The notes under the pieces: generated by a model
What the model saw: only the letters and a program-made list of their open reading frames with translations
Databases searched by the model: none
What the model was told of the DNA's origin: nothing
Made by a program: the position numbers and the translations under genes
In this document: positions 1 to 13,941 of the stretch, one piece after another
Position numbering within the stretch: position 1 is the stretch's first letter
Layout of the letters: every line of letters begins with the position of its first letter
Assembly: GCF_964355755.1 (NCBI RefSeq)
Contig: NC_092672.1
Span: 31,998,437-32,062,436, forward strand
Length of the DNA: 64,000 nucleotides
Direction of reading: 5' to 3'
Source: Antedon mediterranea
Taxonomy: Eukaryota > Animalia > Echinodermata

Positions 1-269
1 TCATATCGATCAGTTGATACATATCGATGCCTATCAATACATCAATACATATCGATATCAATCATAATGATCAATACATATCAATTATTATGAAACAATT
101 TTTAGAATTTTGAATAATATAATCAACTAACATTAACAATATAAAAAAAAAGACGGAGACTTCATGCCACAAATAATTCTCTTATACCAAATGATCCGGT
201 TTCACAAGAAACATTAAAATGTCATTCACTGTTTATGATCGTAACAAGACTATTATTTCCTTTCCTTAC

Positions 270-3200
270 CTGTTTGAAACTTTGCTATTGTGTAGTCAAG
301 TCCAAAGGACAAAAGAGCCATTAGGATTCCAAGAAGGAAGAGAAAGATCCAGTCTTCTCCAATTTTACCAAACGTCCAATCACGAATCCAAATTAAGTTT
401 GCTGAGGAAAAAATGAATGATAAAGAAAATTAGGATTTAAACAACGATGAATACGGATACTGTATTAAAAGTCCTTCACATTTGTTCCGACACGGTTTTG
501 TTTCAGTGAATAGAATGTCAAAGTTTTATTTTCATGACGCTCAACACGTCTATGTGCGAATCGGTGTGCATAACTACGTGAAAACGAAACATCGATTTAA
601 TTCTGTGTCGGAACAGGTGTGAAAAACCCTTTAAGCTCTGTCTACACTATTAAACATCCCATCATGCAACTGGTTTTATAGTGAAATCAGTTGGCACAGT
701 TGATAGTGTCCTGGTTGCTTGACTATGAGTCCGTGCCACTCAAAAACATTAAATTAACTTACCAAAGAATGGTTCTTTTTTCAAACACATGAATTTAGGT
801 AATCCACAACGAACCAAAATCAATCTTAACATGAATCTAGGTGAAAAATGTTCTGGAAAGCGTGCAAAACATCCGGAACCAAAACAGAGACAGCAGAAGA
901 TTATTGATTAGTATCTTTACCTTGTTGTGAAATATTTGTCAAAATATTAGAATACGAAACTTAGCCAATTATGAACCAAATACAAACAGACACCGCAGAA
1001 GACGACGGGTTATTATCTTTACCTCGGTGTAAGTCTAGAATACCGAACTTAGCTAATTATGACTGCCACAAGAGTTATCGGCAGACGGAATAAAACTTTC
1101 ATCAGCTAATCCAGAACACATAAATTTAGAAACGGTTAACCAATTTGGAAGGTTTGAAAAAACAAACAGTATGAATTCCTTCACAGACAGCTGGTGGGCA
1201 GAAGCTCCACAATTTAGCAACATAACACCTCAGTTTAAAAAAGTAAGATATTCCCCAATGGAATTGATAATATTATTACGAATTGAAAATCAATATTTGG
1301 TTTGTAGAATAGACGTAATTCCAACGTCATTAGAAGTTTTTTTTGGACACAAATAGAATGTCCCGGAAGGTGAATGTTTAATTGTCGATGGATGATGTAT
1401 CGTTGAGTGAAACAAGAAAGATGGCAACATATTCAGAGTTAATATTTTATCTCGACTAAAATTAAGTAGGTTGGTATAAACTTTCCAAAGGTATGTTTTT
1501 CATTAAAAAGTAAATTTAAGTGTCGGTATCTCTTTATGAAGTCGCTGTGTGAAAAGAAAAGAATGTTATGATATAAGGCTTGGTTCCCACTGGGACGAGA
1601 TGGCATATGCACATAGCAAGTAAGGTGACCAACCACAAGCGACAGTTCGGATGATCCGTCGCATCGTGATTGGTTAAATTGCTTTTGGCAATGATTGAAA
1701 ATGATACTGATTTGTAAAATCAATATCATCTATTATACTACAGTGTGTAGTGTCATTAAACAGTGTTTATGTACAATACTCAGTATACATGTAATACAGA
1801 AAAACTCATAAGGGGACACATTAGGATTTAACAAACATTTGTTGTCCTCTAATAGGATGTTCCCTGAACGTGGGTAATCATCATAATGTCAAAAAGAAGA
1901 CTGACACAGGCTTTAATACAACTTTGTCTTGCAATCATCTACAGTATGTACACCTTTTAATTAATGTTCTACTCATGATTAACGACTTGATAAGCGCTAT
2001 GCAAACAACATAATTGTGGTAATGTTTACAGGCTTCATAATGCAATTTTAGAATATTGGATAGAATGATTTATGTAAAGCTTGCTGTTATGCTAGTTCTA
2101 CAGCTGCATGTTGTCTAGATTAACCTTTCCTAAGAGACTACTACCATTAATGAGTTTACCAACTGCAGTTGCAACAAGTATTTAGTAATAACATTCATAC
2201 TCGTACAGTAATTTGTTTTCATTTATCCATTTAAACTACAGTAAAAACTGTATCACTATCAGTGTTGTAACAGTACAACATGCATAGTAGCACTGTGATG
2301 AGTGAGTATTGATAGTGCAGTTCCAGGGTATTAGGTACAAAACTTATTATTTGGAATAACAAATGATTTTTACCAATGTCTTTAAAATTATATGGGATTA
2401 TCCTCAATCTAAAATAATTTGAATTTGAAAAACATCAAGTATTTCATATTTTTTTCTTTTTTTAAATTAATCTGGTTCCTGTTTTGTACACTAACGATTG
2501 AAAAAAAACAAACAAAACTAATGGTTGAAAGTTATCACCCAAATCAAAATTCTTAATTTTGCTAAAAAGTCAAATTAAGAGTCTAAAAATTTTTATCAAT
2601 TATGTATTTTTTTATATACCATACAATACTGTAAATAGTTATTTATTTGCAATAAATCAGTTTCAAAATTATAAATAATTTATTTTTTTCTTACAGAAAT
2701 TCTTGTATTTCTTAAAAATATATTTCTATTCCAAATAAAGTTTTTATAAAATGTTGAATACTAAATAATTATGAAAAAATGTGGTGTAAAAAATTGACCA
2801 CATACTGAAGAAATACCGACAATACACATAATATTAATAATAAATTACTATTTCTTTCTACTGCACCTAATTAATAAGTACAACTAATGCAAACACAGAA
2901 CTTTAAAAATCTATGTAATCAAGATGGCATGATTGAAATATAATTAAAGATTAAAACTTTACACTTTCATTTTCAAATTCAATATTGATTTCACAATTAT
3001 GATTTGACGTCATTAACAATTAATATGTTATGCATTAACAACCGTAGAAATGTCATGGATATATACGAGATAACAACCATTGGTGCGGCTGGCCAAATAT
3101 ATGTCTCGTTTTCCTGAAATTGCTTGCATAAATGATAATATTTTTGAATATTCAAATAAAAATAGTTTTTCTTACTTTTACATTTCTGGCAACATGTGTC

Positions 3201-3790
3201 ATCTCGGTATTCCCTAAATTCATCCTCTTTTGATTTTCGTTGACGTTCAACTCGTAATCTTGCGGCTTCTGACCTTGCAAATTGACCTAGTTCCTTAGTG
3301 TACCTGCCATGCATCTACATTATATGGATTTCGTCAAAATTAATCAATATTATTATATTTTAATAATTTTAAATTTGGTTAAAATTAGAGTTTGCAGCAG
3401 CAGTGCAGAGCAGGCAATAAATAACACAATCGGAATAAATATCATCTTCAATAATAAAAGACGTTGATAAATTGATTTATGGATTTGTATGTTTTAAAGA
3501 TATGATGATCATGTGTTTGACAAAAAAAAGGACGAATTGACTTGACTTTCTCTAAATTTGGACATCAAAGATACCCAAACACGTCGTTCATGCTGTGCAC
3601 ATGACAGGAAGAGTGAAAGTAGCCTACGCATATAGAGTTGATTTATACTATTCAAAAAAATGATATTTGTTCATATAATTGCCTCATATTGTGGGTAGTA
3701 TTTAAAAGAGTGTATACAAGTTGTTGCTTTTAAAAATCTTACCAGAGTTTGCTCGTATCCGAGCTGTTTTTGTTCCGGTTGTAACGCCAT
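270..3790 (-). CDS. CLCN2: ClC-2-like voltage-gated chloride channel, first three coding exons (gene continues beyond position 1)
   Basis: Exons 3790-3743 (MALQPEQKQLGYEQTL), 3314-3176 (MHGRYTKELGQFARSEAARL...CCQKCK) and 401-270 (NLIWIRDWTFGKIGEDWIFLFLLGILMALLSFGLDYTIAKFQT) join in phase through GT-AG sites. They match the ClC-2 N-terminal YEQTLMYGRYT..LG.FA..EAAR and GEDWIFL..LG.LMAL.S..DY.IA motifs. Confidence 0.88.
470..630. mobile_element. Small inverted-repeat element
   Basis: TTCACATTTGTTCCGACAC ... GTGTCGGAACAGGTGTGAA. Confidence 0.5.
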
Positions 3791-4460
3791 TTTCGATGTT
3801 TTGGCTGCCTGTCAAAATCAAAGTAAATACTGCCACCATCGGTCTTACTTCTGTGGTGTGTGGAATTCCCTTCTCCCCCATCGATATAAATGGAACAGTC
3901 TAAAAACGTAAACATAGGATTTGAGCCAAGGAATTTCTCAAGTCTGTACTCGCGCGAATTTTGTTAATCTGTAATATCAGTGTATTTCTGTCAAATTATT
4001 ATGCATACTATGTAAGTTTAATAATTGTGCGCTAATATCCCTGTTAAAATGTTTCCTAGCCCCCGTTTAAGCGTTAAACTAAGTAATAGGCCTAGCTAGG
4101 CCTAGGGGCTAGCTAGGCTAGCTAGATTTCAACCAAGGGCCAGGCCAAGCCAGATCATGGCTGAAAAAGGTGGGGAGGGGAGCAACATAGAGATATTCAC
4201 TATAATATCTCTATGGGAGCAAGGAGCGGGTGTGGGGTCTACAGTAACCAAAGAGTTGCAATTCCCTGGCCTAACTAAAGAGTAGAACTTAAAAGTGTGA
4301 TAAAGTGTTTATGTAAATTAGTAAAATTTTTGACTACCCCAATAATAATAGCTAGCATAGGCCTACCTTAAACTATTATTAATCAAAATAAGGTCTAGTA
4401 GTGCTTGACTTCCATTTAAAAAAATACATTTTGATTGTTTGATTACTTTTCACAGCTGAC

Positions 4461-7400
4461 ATGTCACGAAGAGGAACTGGACAGAAACGTGGAGGCCAAG
4501 ATGACGGTTGGGGTGCTTTAGTACGATTCTTCTTTCATATTTTGGTTTAGTAAGAATAAACAAAGAACATGCACTCATTATTCAATTTAACCTTGTAATG
4601 TATTCGAAATGTTCATCTGGTTTTGGATATTCATGAATTATTCATTCTTTTTGATCAATCAAATTTTGTTATTATTATGTAAATCATTCTTTTTTTTTTA
4701 CTCAGCATAGTTAAATCCCTTGCAGACATAAACTCTTCAATTGTTCCACTCTAAATTAACATTTTTCCTTTCATTTCCTCATAGGGCGGCTATATAGCAG
4801 CCAAGCAACATAAGCTTGACAAGCAGTTTACAAAAGAACAGCCACGAAACCGGGAAATTTCTTGCGCTGGATCCACTATCTTTGAGGGCGTTGCAATCCA
4901 TGTGAATGGCTACACAGGTATCTGGTAGAACCCCTATTAAAGGGAAACCTTCAAGGCCCTAACATATTTTCCGAGAAGACTTGTTCTACCAACAGAACCA
5001 TAGAGCAAGTGAAGCTTGAACCCTTGCCGATGTTATGGCTAGTTATTATGGTTCCACTGTCTTAACCGCTTGGCCACTTACCCTAGTCTGTGTGAGCCTA
5101 GATCCTTTTAAAAACAAGTTCTGGTAAAATTATACTTTTACTATACAACTTAATTACAGTATATTATTGTTCTTGATATAGTGCCATCTTTAGATGAACT
5201 CAAAAGACTAATGATGATTCATGGAGGGAAGTTTGTACACTACTATCGAAAGACACAAGTGACACACATCATCGCTACCAACTTGCCACATGCCAAGATT
5301 AGGAAGCTCAGCAATGAAAAAGTTATCAGGCCAGAGTGGATTCTGGACAGGTGAATCAAATTATAGAGAGTTTTTGATGTTAAACCTGTTTAATCCAACA
5401 GGAGTTTACGGGGGTCATGACTGTGACAACCGACAACACATCAATTGACCTGACTGTCGGTATTCTCAAATTGAAAGATCCCTAATAATAATGTATCTAT
5501 AAACCAGTTTGTGAACTTTAAAGAACAAACTGTATTCAAATTACATTCCCCCACCCCCCTGAAAAAAAAAATTGTTTTTTTCTAGGGAAGTGAATAACTT
5601 CTTAGGCCTATTCAAAGTCTGATTTATTAATCTTCATTTTAAATCATGTTTTTAAAGGACAATACATTTAAATGTAGATATTAGTGTTTTGATACAGTCA
5701 AAGATGTAATATATGTTTCAAAATTATATTTGCAGTATCAAAGCAGGCCGTCGGTTATCATGTGACTCTTACCAGCTCTATGAAAACAGAACATCTCTAC
5801 AAAAGTCGTTATCTTTTCAACAAAATTCTGTAAACTATACAACAAATCATGACGATTTGCCAAAAGACACTGACACTGAAGAAGTAAATCATATTGACAT
5901 TTGTAATGCATTGCCCAGCAAGCAGAATCTGGAAGGCACAACAGAATTGGAATATCCCAATCAGAATACTGAAGATAGTCATCAAAAATATGTGGAGAGT
6001 ACCAAGAAATTGCCATCACCACCAAGTGATGTTAAAAAAACCTCTCCAGCAAAAGCTGGTGATCCAAGATTTGTTGCAGAGTTTTATAATAATTCTAGAC
6101 TTCACCACATATCCAGCTGGGGAGCTGAGTTTAAAGAACTTGTGATGCAGTTGCAAAAACAAGGCGATGGAACATTTCCAGCAAGAGATTCCTTAAGGAA
6201 TAATGTTAGAGAAGGTTGTCTAGATCAAGAAGATGTTTTGGAAGAAGATGATTCTCTTGGAGAGGAAGATAACATGAAGCCACCAAAATTGATGAGTCAT
6301 AAGCCTGATTCATTCACTAAGAAGAAAGAGTCTGAACGCTACATTATGCATGTGGACATGGACTGCTTCTTTGTATCGGTTGGATTGATCAATCGGCCAG
6401 AGTTACGAGGAAAACCAGTTGCTGTCACTCACTCTCGTGGCAATGGCATGCAGCAAGTCAATCTTGAAGCCAAGAAATATGAAATGGATTACTATCAAAA
6501 CAAGTATGGGAAAACAATGATGGATGACACAAAGACGTCGGATGGAAGTAAAAGTAACCCTGGTGTGTTTAATTCTGCTGCAGAGATTGCATCCTGTAGC
6601 TATAAAGCAAGAGCAGCTGGTGTACGGAATGGTATGTTTATGGGAGAAGCAAAAAAGCGGTGTCCATCGATTCAGACAATACCATATGATTTTGATATGT
6701 ACAAAGAAGTGGCACAAAAGCTATATGGTATTGTTGCCAGGTAATTTTAAGTTTAGTTTACCTGGATAAACCGAACTTAGCCTTATTCTCCTTGAAAAGT
6801 GAGATATACTTAAAAGTAGATAATTCATTGACAACCCCTCTCCCTAATTGGTACAGTCCACAAACTATTAATGCCGTATTTAATTGTTTATTATGTGATT
6901 GTACAAGGAATATAATTTATTTGATTGTTTCATTCTACAGTAGAACTATTAAGCGATTGAGTGGCAGTGACAGAGCTACTGTGACCTGATGGAGAGATAA
7001 CACTCAAAATGACCTAGCACAGGTCAGAGTTCATAACATTGACTTATAAAACAATATTTTATTCTAAATCACAGATACACTCATGATATCGAAGCCGTCA
7101 GTTGTGACGAGATGTTTGTTGACATCACTGAGTTGCTAAGTGACACCATGGCAACCCCTCTTGAGTTTGCATCCTTGTTACGTGATGAAGTTTACAAAGA
7201 AACAAAGTGCAACGCTTCAATTGGTATAGGTATGTTGTTTATTTTTCCTGAAAATCAAAATCCTGGTGTTTTGACACAATCTAAATTTAAACTTGTAGTG
7301 GTCATGGAACAATATTCAAAATACTAAAACTAGATAAATTTTTGTACTCTTTCAGCTCATAATATCCTGTTGGCAAGAATGTCCACTAGAATTGCTAAAC

Positions 7401-10400
7401 CAAACGGACAGCATCTCTTGGAAACCAATCAAGAAATGGAATTTATCAAAACACAACCTGTTGGAAATCTACCAGGTACAGAAATTGGAAGTACAGTACA
7501 GTATTCATTAGAACTCCTTAGAGAACCCAAATTGCACTGAGTGATACCCATATTAAAGGGATAATTTTCTGTCAACACAGAAACATGGAGAAATATGTGA
7601 TTTAACACTACGACCTACCACTATTCAGGGGACATCCCTATTAAGGGGACACTTGGTTTGGTCCCGAAGGTGTCCCTTTAATAAGGTTCTATTGTATAGA
7701 AACATCTTGATTAAAAACCAGTATCTTTATGTATAACCTTTTTACACCACACACACTAACATTATCTTTGAAGGAGTTGGTTGGTCTACAAAGAGGCGCT
7801 TAGAAGCTCTCAAAGTTACTACGTGTGAAGATTTGCAACATGTAACCATGCTCAAATTACAAAGAGAATTTGGTGCAAAGACTGGTGAACATCTGTACAA
7901 TCTCTGTCGAGGTAAAGATGAGCGTGCCATACAAGTGGAGAAGCAAAGGAAGTCTGTGTCTGCAGAAATAAATTATGGAATTAGATTCACCAAGGTATGT
8001 ATGTCAGTGGTATAATATTTTCCTGATTTCCATAACCTCAAACTTTAATTTATTTCATTTTCATATAATACCTTTTTTACTCTTGTAAATGGCCATGTTT
8101 TTTAGATAGATTTCTTTGTGAGATTTTCGCCAATTATAGGATGGTTATAATAATATAATTATCAGGCTTATAGACTATGTCTCATTTGAGGTTTCCAGTT
8201 AAAGAGTTGTGAGTTACAACCCTGGAACTAGGTCAGGATTGAACCCTAGACACTTGGGATTGGGAACCACCAAGTACAGCTCCACTACTAAGCTTCACTT
8301 CTGAAGATATGTTGTTTTTTTTTTACAGGAAAGTGAATCTATAGCTTTTATGAGTGAGGTCACAGAAGAGGTACATCGTCGTCTACTCAAAATATCTATG
8401 AAAGGCAAACTTATCACTTTAAAGATGAAGGTTCGAAAACCAGGAGCTCCAAAGGAGTCCTCCAAGTTCCTAGGCCATGGAATCTGCAACAATGTAGCCA
8501 AATCTGTCAACTTAGCGCAGGCCACAAATGACTTGAATGTGCTCAAGGAAGTAGTTTTAGGCCTGCTTAGGCAGATAAAGATTGAGCCTAGTGACATGAG
8601 AGGAGTAAGTGAATAAACCAAACAAATTTAAATGTAACAATTATTTGCTTGTACCTTACCTATGGCCAGGACAAAATTCCAGCAAATTCAATTCCATAAT
8701 CGTTCTATTGCTCTAGGCTTCACATCACTATAATCAACTTCTCTACTGTACTACTCTATATTTTAAAATCAACTCTCTATTTCTGTTTGAAGGTTGGTGT
8801 TCAAATAAACAAACTTGTTCCAGAATCTGGAGATCAAAGACATCCTGCTGCAATAGGAACTAAATCCCTCAAAGACTTTGTAACAACTGGTAACAAAACA
8901 CCATCCGTGTTTCCAATTCCTGATGTTCAACCAGCTGTCAAGAAGTCTGCACCAAAGACAATGATGAACTTTCTTCAAAAGCAGATTGACAACACAAATG
9001 TGATCCCAAAAGAGGTTGCTATACCAGACAAGCTACCTACTGAAACATCAAACATCGGTGGTGAAGATATTCTACCGAAGTTGCCAACATTGATGCCATC
9101 TCCAGCAAAAGAGGAACCAGTTACAAAGTCAGACTTCTATCCATCTTCTATAGCTGATGTAAGATGGAATTAATTAATTGATTAATGGTGTAGCCTAGTG
9201 CATACTAGGGTAATTAAATGTACATCCTCATTTGTGTTGGGTGTAGCTACAGTATAATCTTCCACAGTTTACTTAACACTGGTTTATTTTCCCAAATACA
9301 TATAATCACCTTAAAAACTGAGTATAAGTAACTGTAAAAAAACTACAAACTCTTCTCAATCATATGTTTACTGTATTTTCATTTCTTTAAAGATTGACGC
9401 ATCAGTCTTGGATGCACTTCCACCAGACATAAAGCTTCAAATCAAAAACAGCTTTTTACCCTCAAAAACAAATATGAACCACAAGCCTACGTTGACGAGT
9501 ACACCAGTTCCTGGTAAACTACTAAAACCAGACTACAATCAACCAACAACTTCAAGAACTGCTATTCAATCAGGGCATACTTCACCAAAGAAAGAAGAGT
9601 TACTGGATGTAGATCCTAGTATTCTTAAGGAATTGCCTGAAGATATTGTACAGGAGCTTCTGGCCAATAAAAAGAGTAGGATGCAAGAGAAGAAAGCATC
9701 AGAAGGACCAGTTGAAGCACTTCCTAACCTCTCTCAGGTGACATTTTTGTTGTTAAAAGTTTTAGGTTTCGGTAAAAATTGATTGTTTGGTAATCTCATG
9801 TTAATATTTTTGTCTGTACAGATTGAACCATCATGTTTGGATGCCCTACCACCAGACATAAAGCTTCAAATCCAAAACAGCTTTTTACCAACAAAAACAA
9901 ATATAAACCATAAGCCTACGTTGACGAGTACACCAGTTCCTGTCAAACTCCCAAAACCAGACTACGACCAACCAACAACTTCAAGAACTGCTATGCAATC
10001 AGGACATGCTTCACCAAAGAAAGAAGAGTTACTGGATGTAGATCCAAGCATTCTTAAGGAATTACCAGACGATATTGTACAAGAGCTTCTGGCCAATAAA
10101 AAGAGTAGGATGCAAGAGAAGAAAGCATCAGAAGGACCAGTTGAAGCACTTCCTAACCTCTCTCAGGTGAAAATATTTGTTTGTTTCAAATTTTTAGTTT
10201 GGAAAAAAATGTTAACTAGATCAAATACCTATACCCTTCAGTGAAGTGGGTACCTTTCCTCCAGCCAGCTCTGGTACTTGATAACCTTCCTACAAATGTC
10301 ATATAAACCTTCCCATTTTGATACCCTACTGTATGTGTATGGATGCATGATGTTGGGATAATTTTTATGACGAACAAACATACACACTCTCTCTATTATA

Positions 10401-11405
10401 ATTAAATCTTTTTTTTTTCTACAGATTGAACCATCGTGTTTGGATGCCCTACCACCAGACATGAAGGAAGAATTAAAAAAGGCATATTTACAAAAAGAGT
10501 TAAAACATGAACAACTCATCAATGAACAAAGTCCAGTCAAACTGTTTCCACCTAAGCCTAGTCTGACCAAACACTCGCCATCTCCACGCAAACTTACACC
10601 AGGGAAACTCAGCCCCTTTGCTGTCAAGCGGAGAGGTAGACCAAAGAAAACAAGTCCTAGGAAACTGTTTGAAAAGAATCAACCAAAGATTAACGCTATG
10701 ATAAAAAGTAGTCCAATTAAAGAAAACAAAATTATCAATGATACTAATAAACCCGATGGCAATAATCATAATGATATCAATAAACCAAAGGATAACAAAG
10801 TTGCAGAACAAATTGAAGTCAAAGATAATGATGTAAAGAAAAAGAAAGATGAAGAAGGAACACAGAGAGCAAATCTTAATGGAGCCTTTGAAGTAGAGGA
10901 GGTGAAGGCTCTTATTGTAGAGTGGATTGAAACTAGCGAGTTCCCTCGCGATGATGATCTAGGTCTGGTGGTATCATTCCTCCAAGAGTTGGTCTTGGAA
11001 AGGAATCTGGTGAAAGTAGATCTTCTTTTGAAGGCTTTGAAAAGGTAAGCCTTTCAACCTTCATTTAATTTTCAGTTTATTAATGAATCAACCTCTTTTC
11101 TTGACCTCCTTCAGTCAGATATCTCTCACTGTCTTCATTCCAGTAATTCCAGTGCATTGATCCCTTTGTAGATCAATGCAAAGCTATTCTGGGGTTGGGT
11201 GCAGGTGAACGGTTGAAGTATATGCTGTACAATGATCTAAACTATCACCACCTTACTACACCAATCTGCCAACCTCTTTTTTTTGTTTTCTAGGTACACT
11301 AACAAAACGGGTGAAGACAAATGGAAGAAAGCTTACACAACTGCTTTGGCACTTGTACAAGACCGAGTTTGTCAAGTTTACAACAGCCAGTTAAAAATAA
11401 GTTGA
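4461..11405 (+). CDS. REV1: DNA repair protein REV1 (Y-family deoxycytidyl transferase), 13 coding exons
   Basis: Exons 4461-4520, 4785-4917, 5182-5350, 5736-6740, 7075-7229, 7356-7475, 7774-7994, 8329-8604, 8793-9158, 9393-9737, 9822-10166, 10425-11044, 11294-11405. BRCT (IFEGVAIHVNGYT...THIIATNLP...RPEWI), N-digit SRLHHISSW, HVDMDCFFVSV, catalytic EAVSCDE, SVSAEINYGIRF, UBM repeats, C-terminal domain NLNGAFEVEEVKALIVEWI. Confidence 0.97.
8170..8294 (-). mobile_element. tRNA-derived SINE family copy
   Basis: Shares GTCTCATTTGAGG...GAGTTACAACCCT...CTAGGTCAGGA.TGAACCCT with 14697-14825 and a fragment at about 49330; B-box-like GGGTTCAATCC on the minus strand. Confidence 0.6.
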
Positions 11406-13775
11406 TATTAATTCACCAACATCTGTTGAGATTTTTTAAAATCCTTGGGATAGGTTAAGGGATTACCTACGTAAATATAATATTTGAGTAGGCCTAAAAA
11501 TGTGAATGAAATTCTATATATGGAATATTTATACAGTATAACAAAATATATTTTTTTATAGAAAAGATCTTATAAGTGTATTAAAAGATAACATATTATG
11601 TTAATTACATAAAATAAGTATTTTTTTCAAGATATTGCTATTTAAAAAAAATTGTTTTCAAAAATTTAAGATCATGAATAAATTTGAAAATGGAAGTACA
11701 GTACTGTATGTAGTCTTTTTGTGCAAGACAATCCAAGACAGGATTTGTTGAAAAAATGCATATAAAACAAAACCAAAAGTATATAAAACAATTTCTTTTT
11801 ATTTTACAAAAAGCAAGGAAGTTTCTTTCATCCATTTTATATGTACAAACTCTCTTCTCTTAATATAACAATGAAAAAATCTTTATATAAAATTGTTATA
11901 TTTAGTCTTCTCCACAAAACCATGAGTTACTAAAAGCTTTATTGTTTGTCCAGCATAAATACACATGATCATTATTCATCTACAATTTTTTTTCTCACAA
12001 AAAGATGGAATTAAAAATGTAGTAGAAATTCTCAGTTATCCTATCTATGATCAATGATTATCTTCTCCCCGCACACCCCACAAAAATGTGGTGCATGTAT
12101 TCACTTTATTTAGTTACTGTACCAATCGTTCCCTTAAGCTCTGTCGTCTACACTATTAAACTAGTTTGTAAAAAAAATGTGCACAAACCTGGTAGTGATA
12201 TTATATCACCATGTCCATATATGGGCACATCACATTTTTTGGTCACATGCAGTTTGATAGTGTAGACAAGGCTTTAGAGGGAGATAGATGATTAAAATAT
12301 ATTTTAAAAGATTAATCATTTATAGTAGTATTAATTTAACTAAAAAATTACAACAAATCGGCTTTATAGCTTTAAACACAAAGTTGGCTAGGCTAACTAA
12401 ACAAATATACAAATATACATTAGAGAACCTTCGTAGTAATGTAATATGAAAACAGCTCAACGAATCTTGCCAATTAAATGCCATTGTGATAACTTCCGTA
12501 ACTACAACATTTCCAGAATCATTTTAGACTTCAGCTTTGTCTACACTATCAAACTAGTATGACAACAAAAATTGTGATGTTTTGTCCAAATATGGTAGTG
12601 ATATGATTTCATTGTGTCCATATATAGGCACATAACATTTATTTGTCACAAAGTTTGATAGTGTAGACAGAGCTTTAAAGATTGCTTTCGTTAATCTAGA
12701 TTTGAGTACCTATATAGAGCTAGATCCTTGTACAGTAACCTCACTATGAATGGTTGGCTACATTTCTTTTGAGAATGTTTTAATTAGCAAACAGACATGG
12801 TTGAAAGCATGTTTTTTTGTTTGCGAAACATATTTTCTACAATAAAATTTCTACTTTTTGTAAAAAATTAATACTGTATTAAAAAGTAATTTGAAAAAAC
12901 AAATGTAAAAAGGTAAATGATATAAAAATTGTGTATCGCAAGGTATGTAATGTAGACTATATGCACAACTTATTGAAGCAACTTTATATATACACTGAAA
13001 CAAGATGCCTGCGGAGACTGAGGTTCACATTCAAGTTCGATTTCCTTGAAATTCTAATTTAGAAGCAATAGGAATTTGCATATTAATTTTAAACAGGTTT
13101 TAATGTAAAAATTACAAATCCATCTACTCTATAAATATATAAATGTGGCTATACTAATCCAAGTATATAACAGTATAAATTGACCTTTATTTATAATGCT
13201 AAATGTACTTGTATAATCATGTTATTGAACACACAAAGTAGCGAAAAATTACTGATTTGAGCTTTTAATATTATGCCAGTAAATTGTATTTTGATTCAAG
13301 AATGAACAGTTTTATCTAAAACTATAGGTAAATATATAAACTGATAACATATAATTGGAGACTTATAGTAGAGATACAGTATATAAGCGACCTTTTTGTT
13401 TTCACAGCATGTCACTATTGAGTCTAACAGTCATTCTGTGCATTCTTTATATGTTTTGAGAATTCACAGAATGACTTTTTGACTCAAATGTGGTGTAGTG
13501 CATCTTGAAAATGAAGGGTCTATAATTTATATAGACAATCTTAAAGCATGTTACGACAAAGTAATGGCCTACAGGAAAGGAAGGATTGAACTATGACCTC
13601 TCAATGTATAATATAGCATACCTCAGATTTTTCATTACTGTTTTTCAATAATCTAAATGTGTCATTACTGTTTTTTTTTTACTTATTTTCTTTTGGACGT
13701 AAATAAATGTCTTTTGAATTGAATTGAAAAAGTGTAAATATTGATGGGAATGTGCCACGATTAAAAAGGATTGCA

Positions 13776-13935
13776 ACTCAATTTGCAGCTCAAGTCACAG
13801 CGAATACTTCAGCCAATGTTGCAGCTGCTGTTGTAGCTCAAGTCGCAGCTAATACTTCAGCCAATGTTGCAGCTGCTGTTGTAGCTCCAGTCACAGCTAA
13901 TATTCAGCCAATGTTGCAGCTTCATGTGCAGCTAA
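13776..13935. repeat. About 48-bp tandem repeat (about 3 copies) at the start of the p53-family alpha 3' UTR
   Basis: GCTCAAGTCRCAGC.AATACTTCAGCCAATGTTGCAGCTGCTGTTGTA repeated. Confidence 0.85.
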
Positions 13936-13941
13936 AATCAA

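Noticed and set aside
870-1356. Degenerate duplication of about 100 bp and a 61-aa ORF in a CLCN2 intron
   Set aside because: No recognisable protein similarity and no phase-consistent exon chain.
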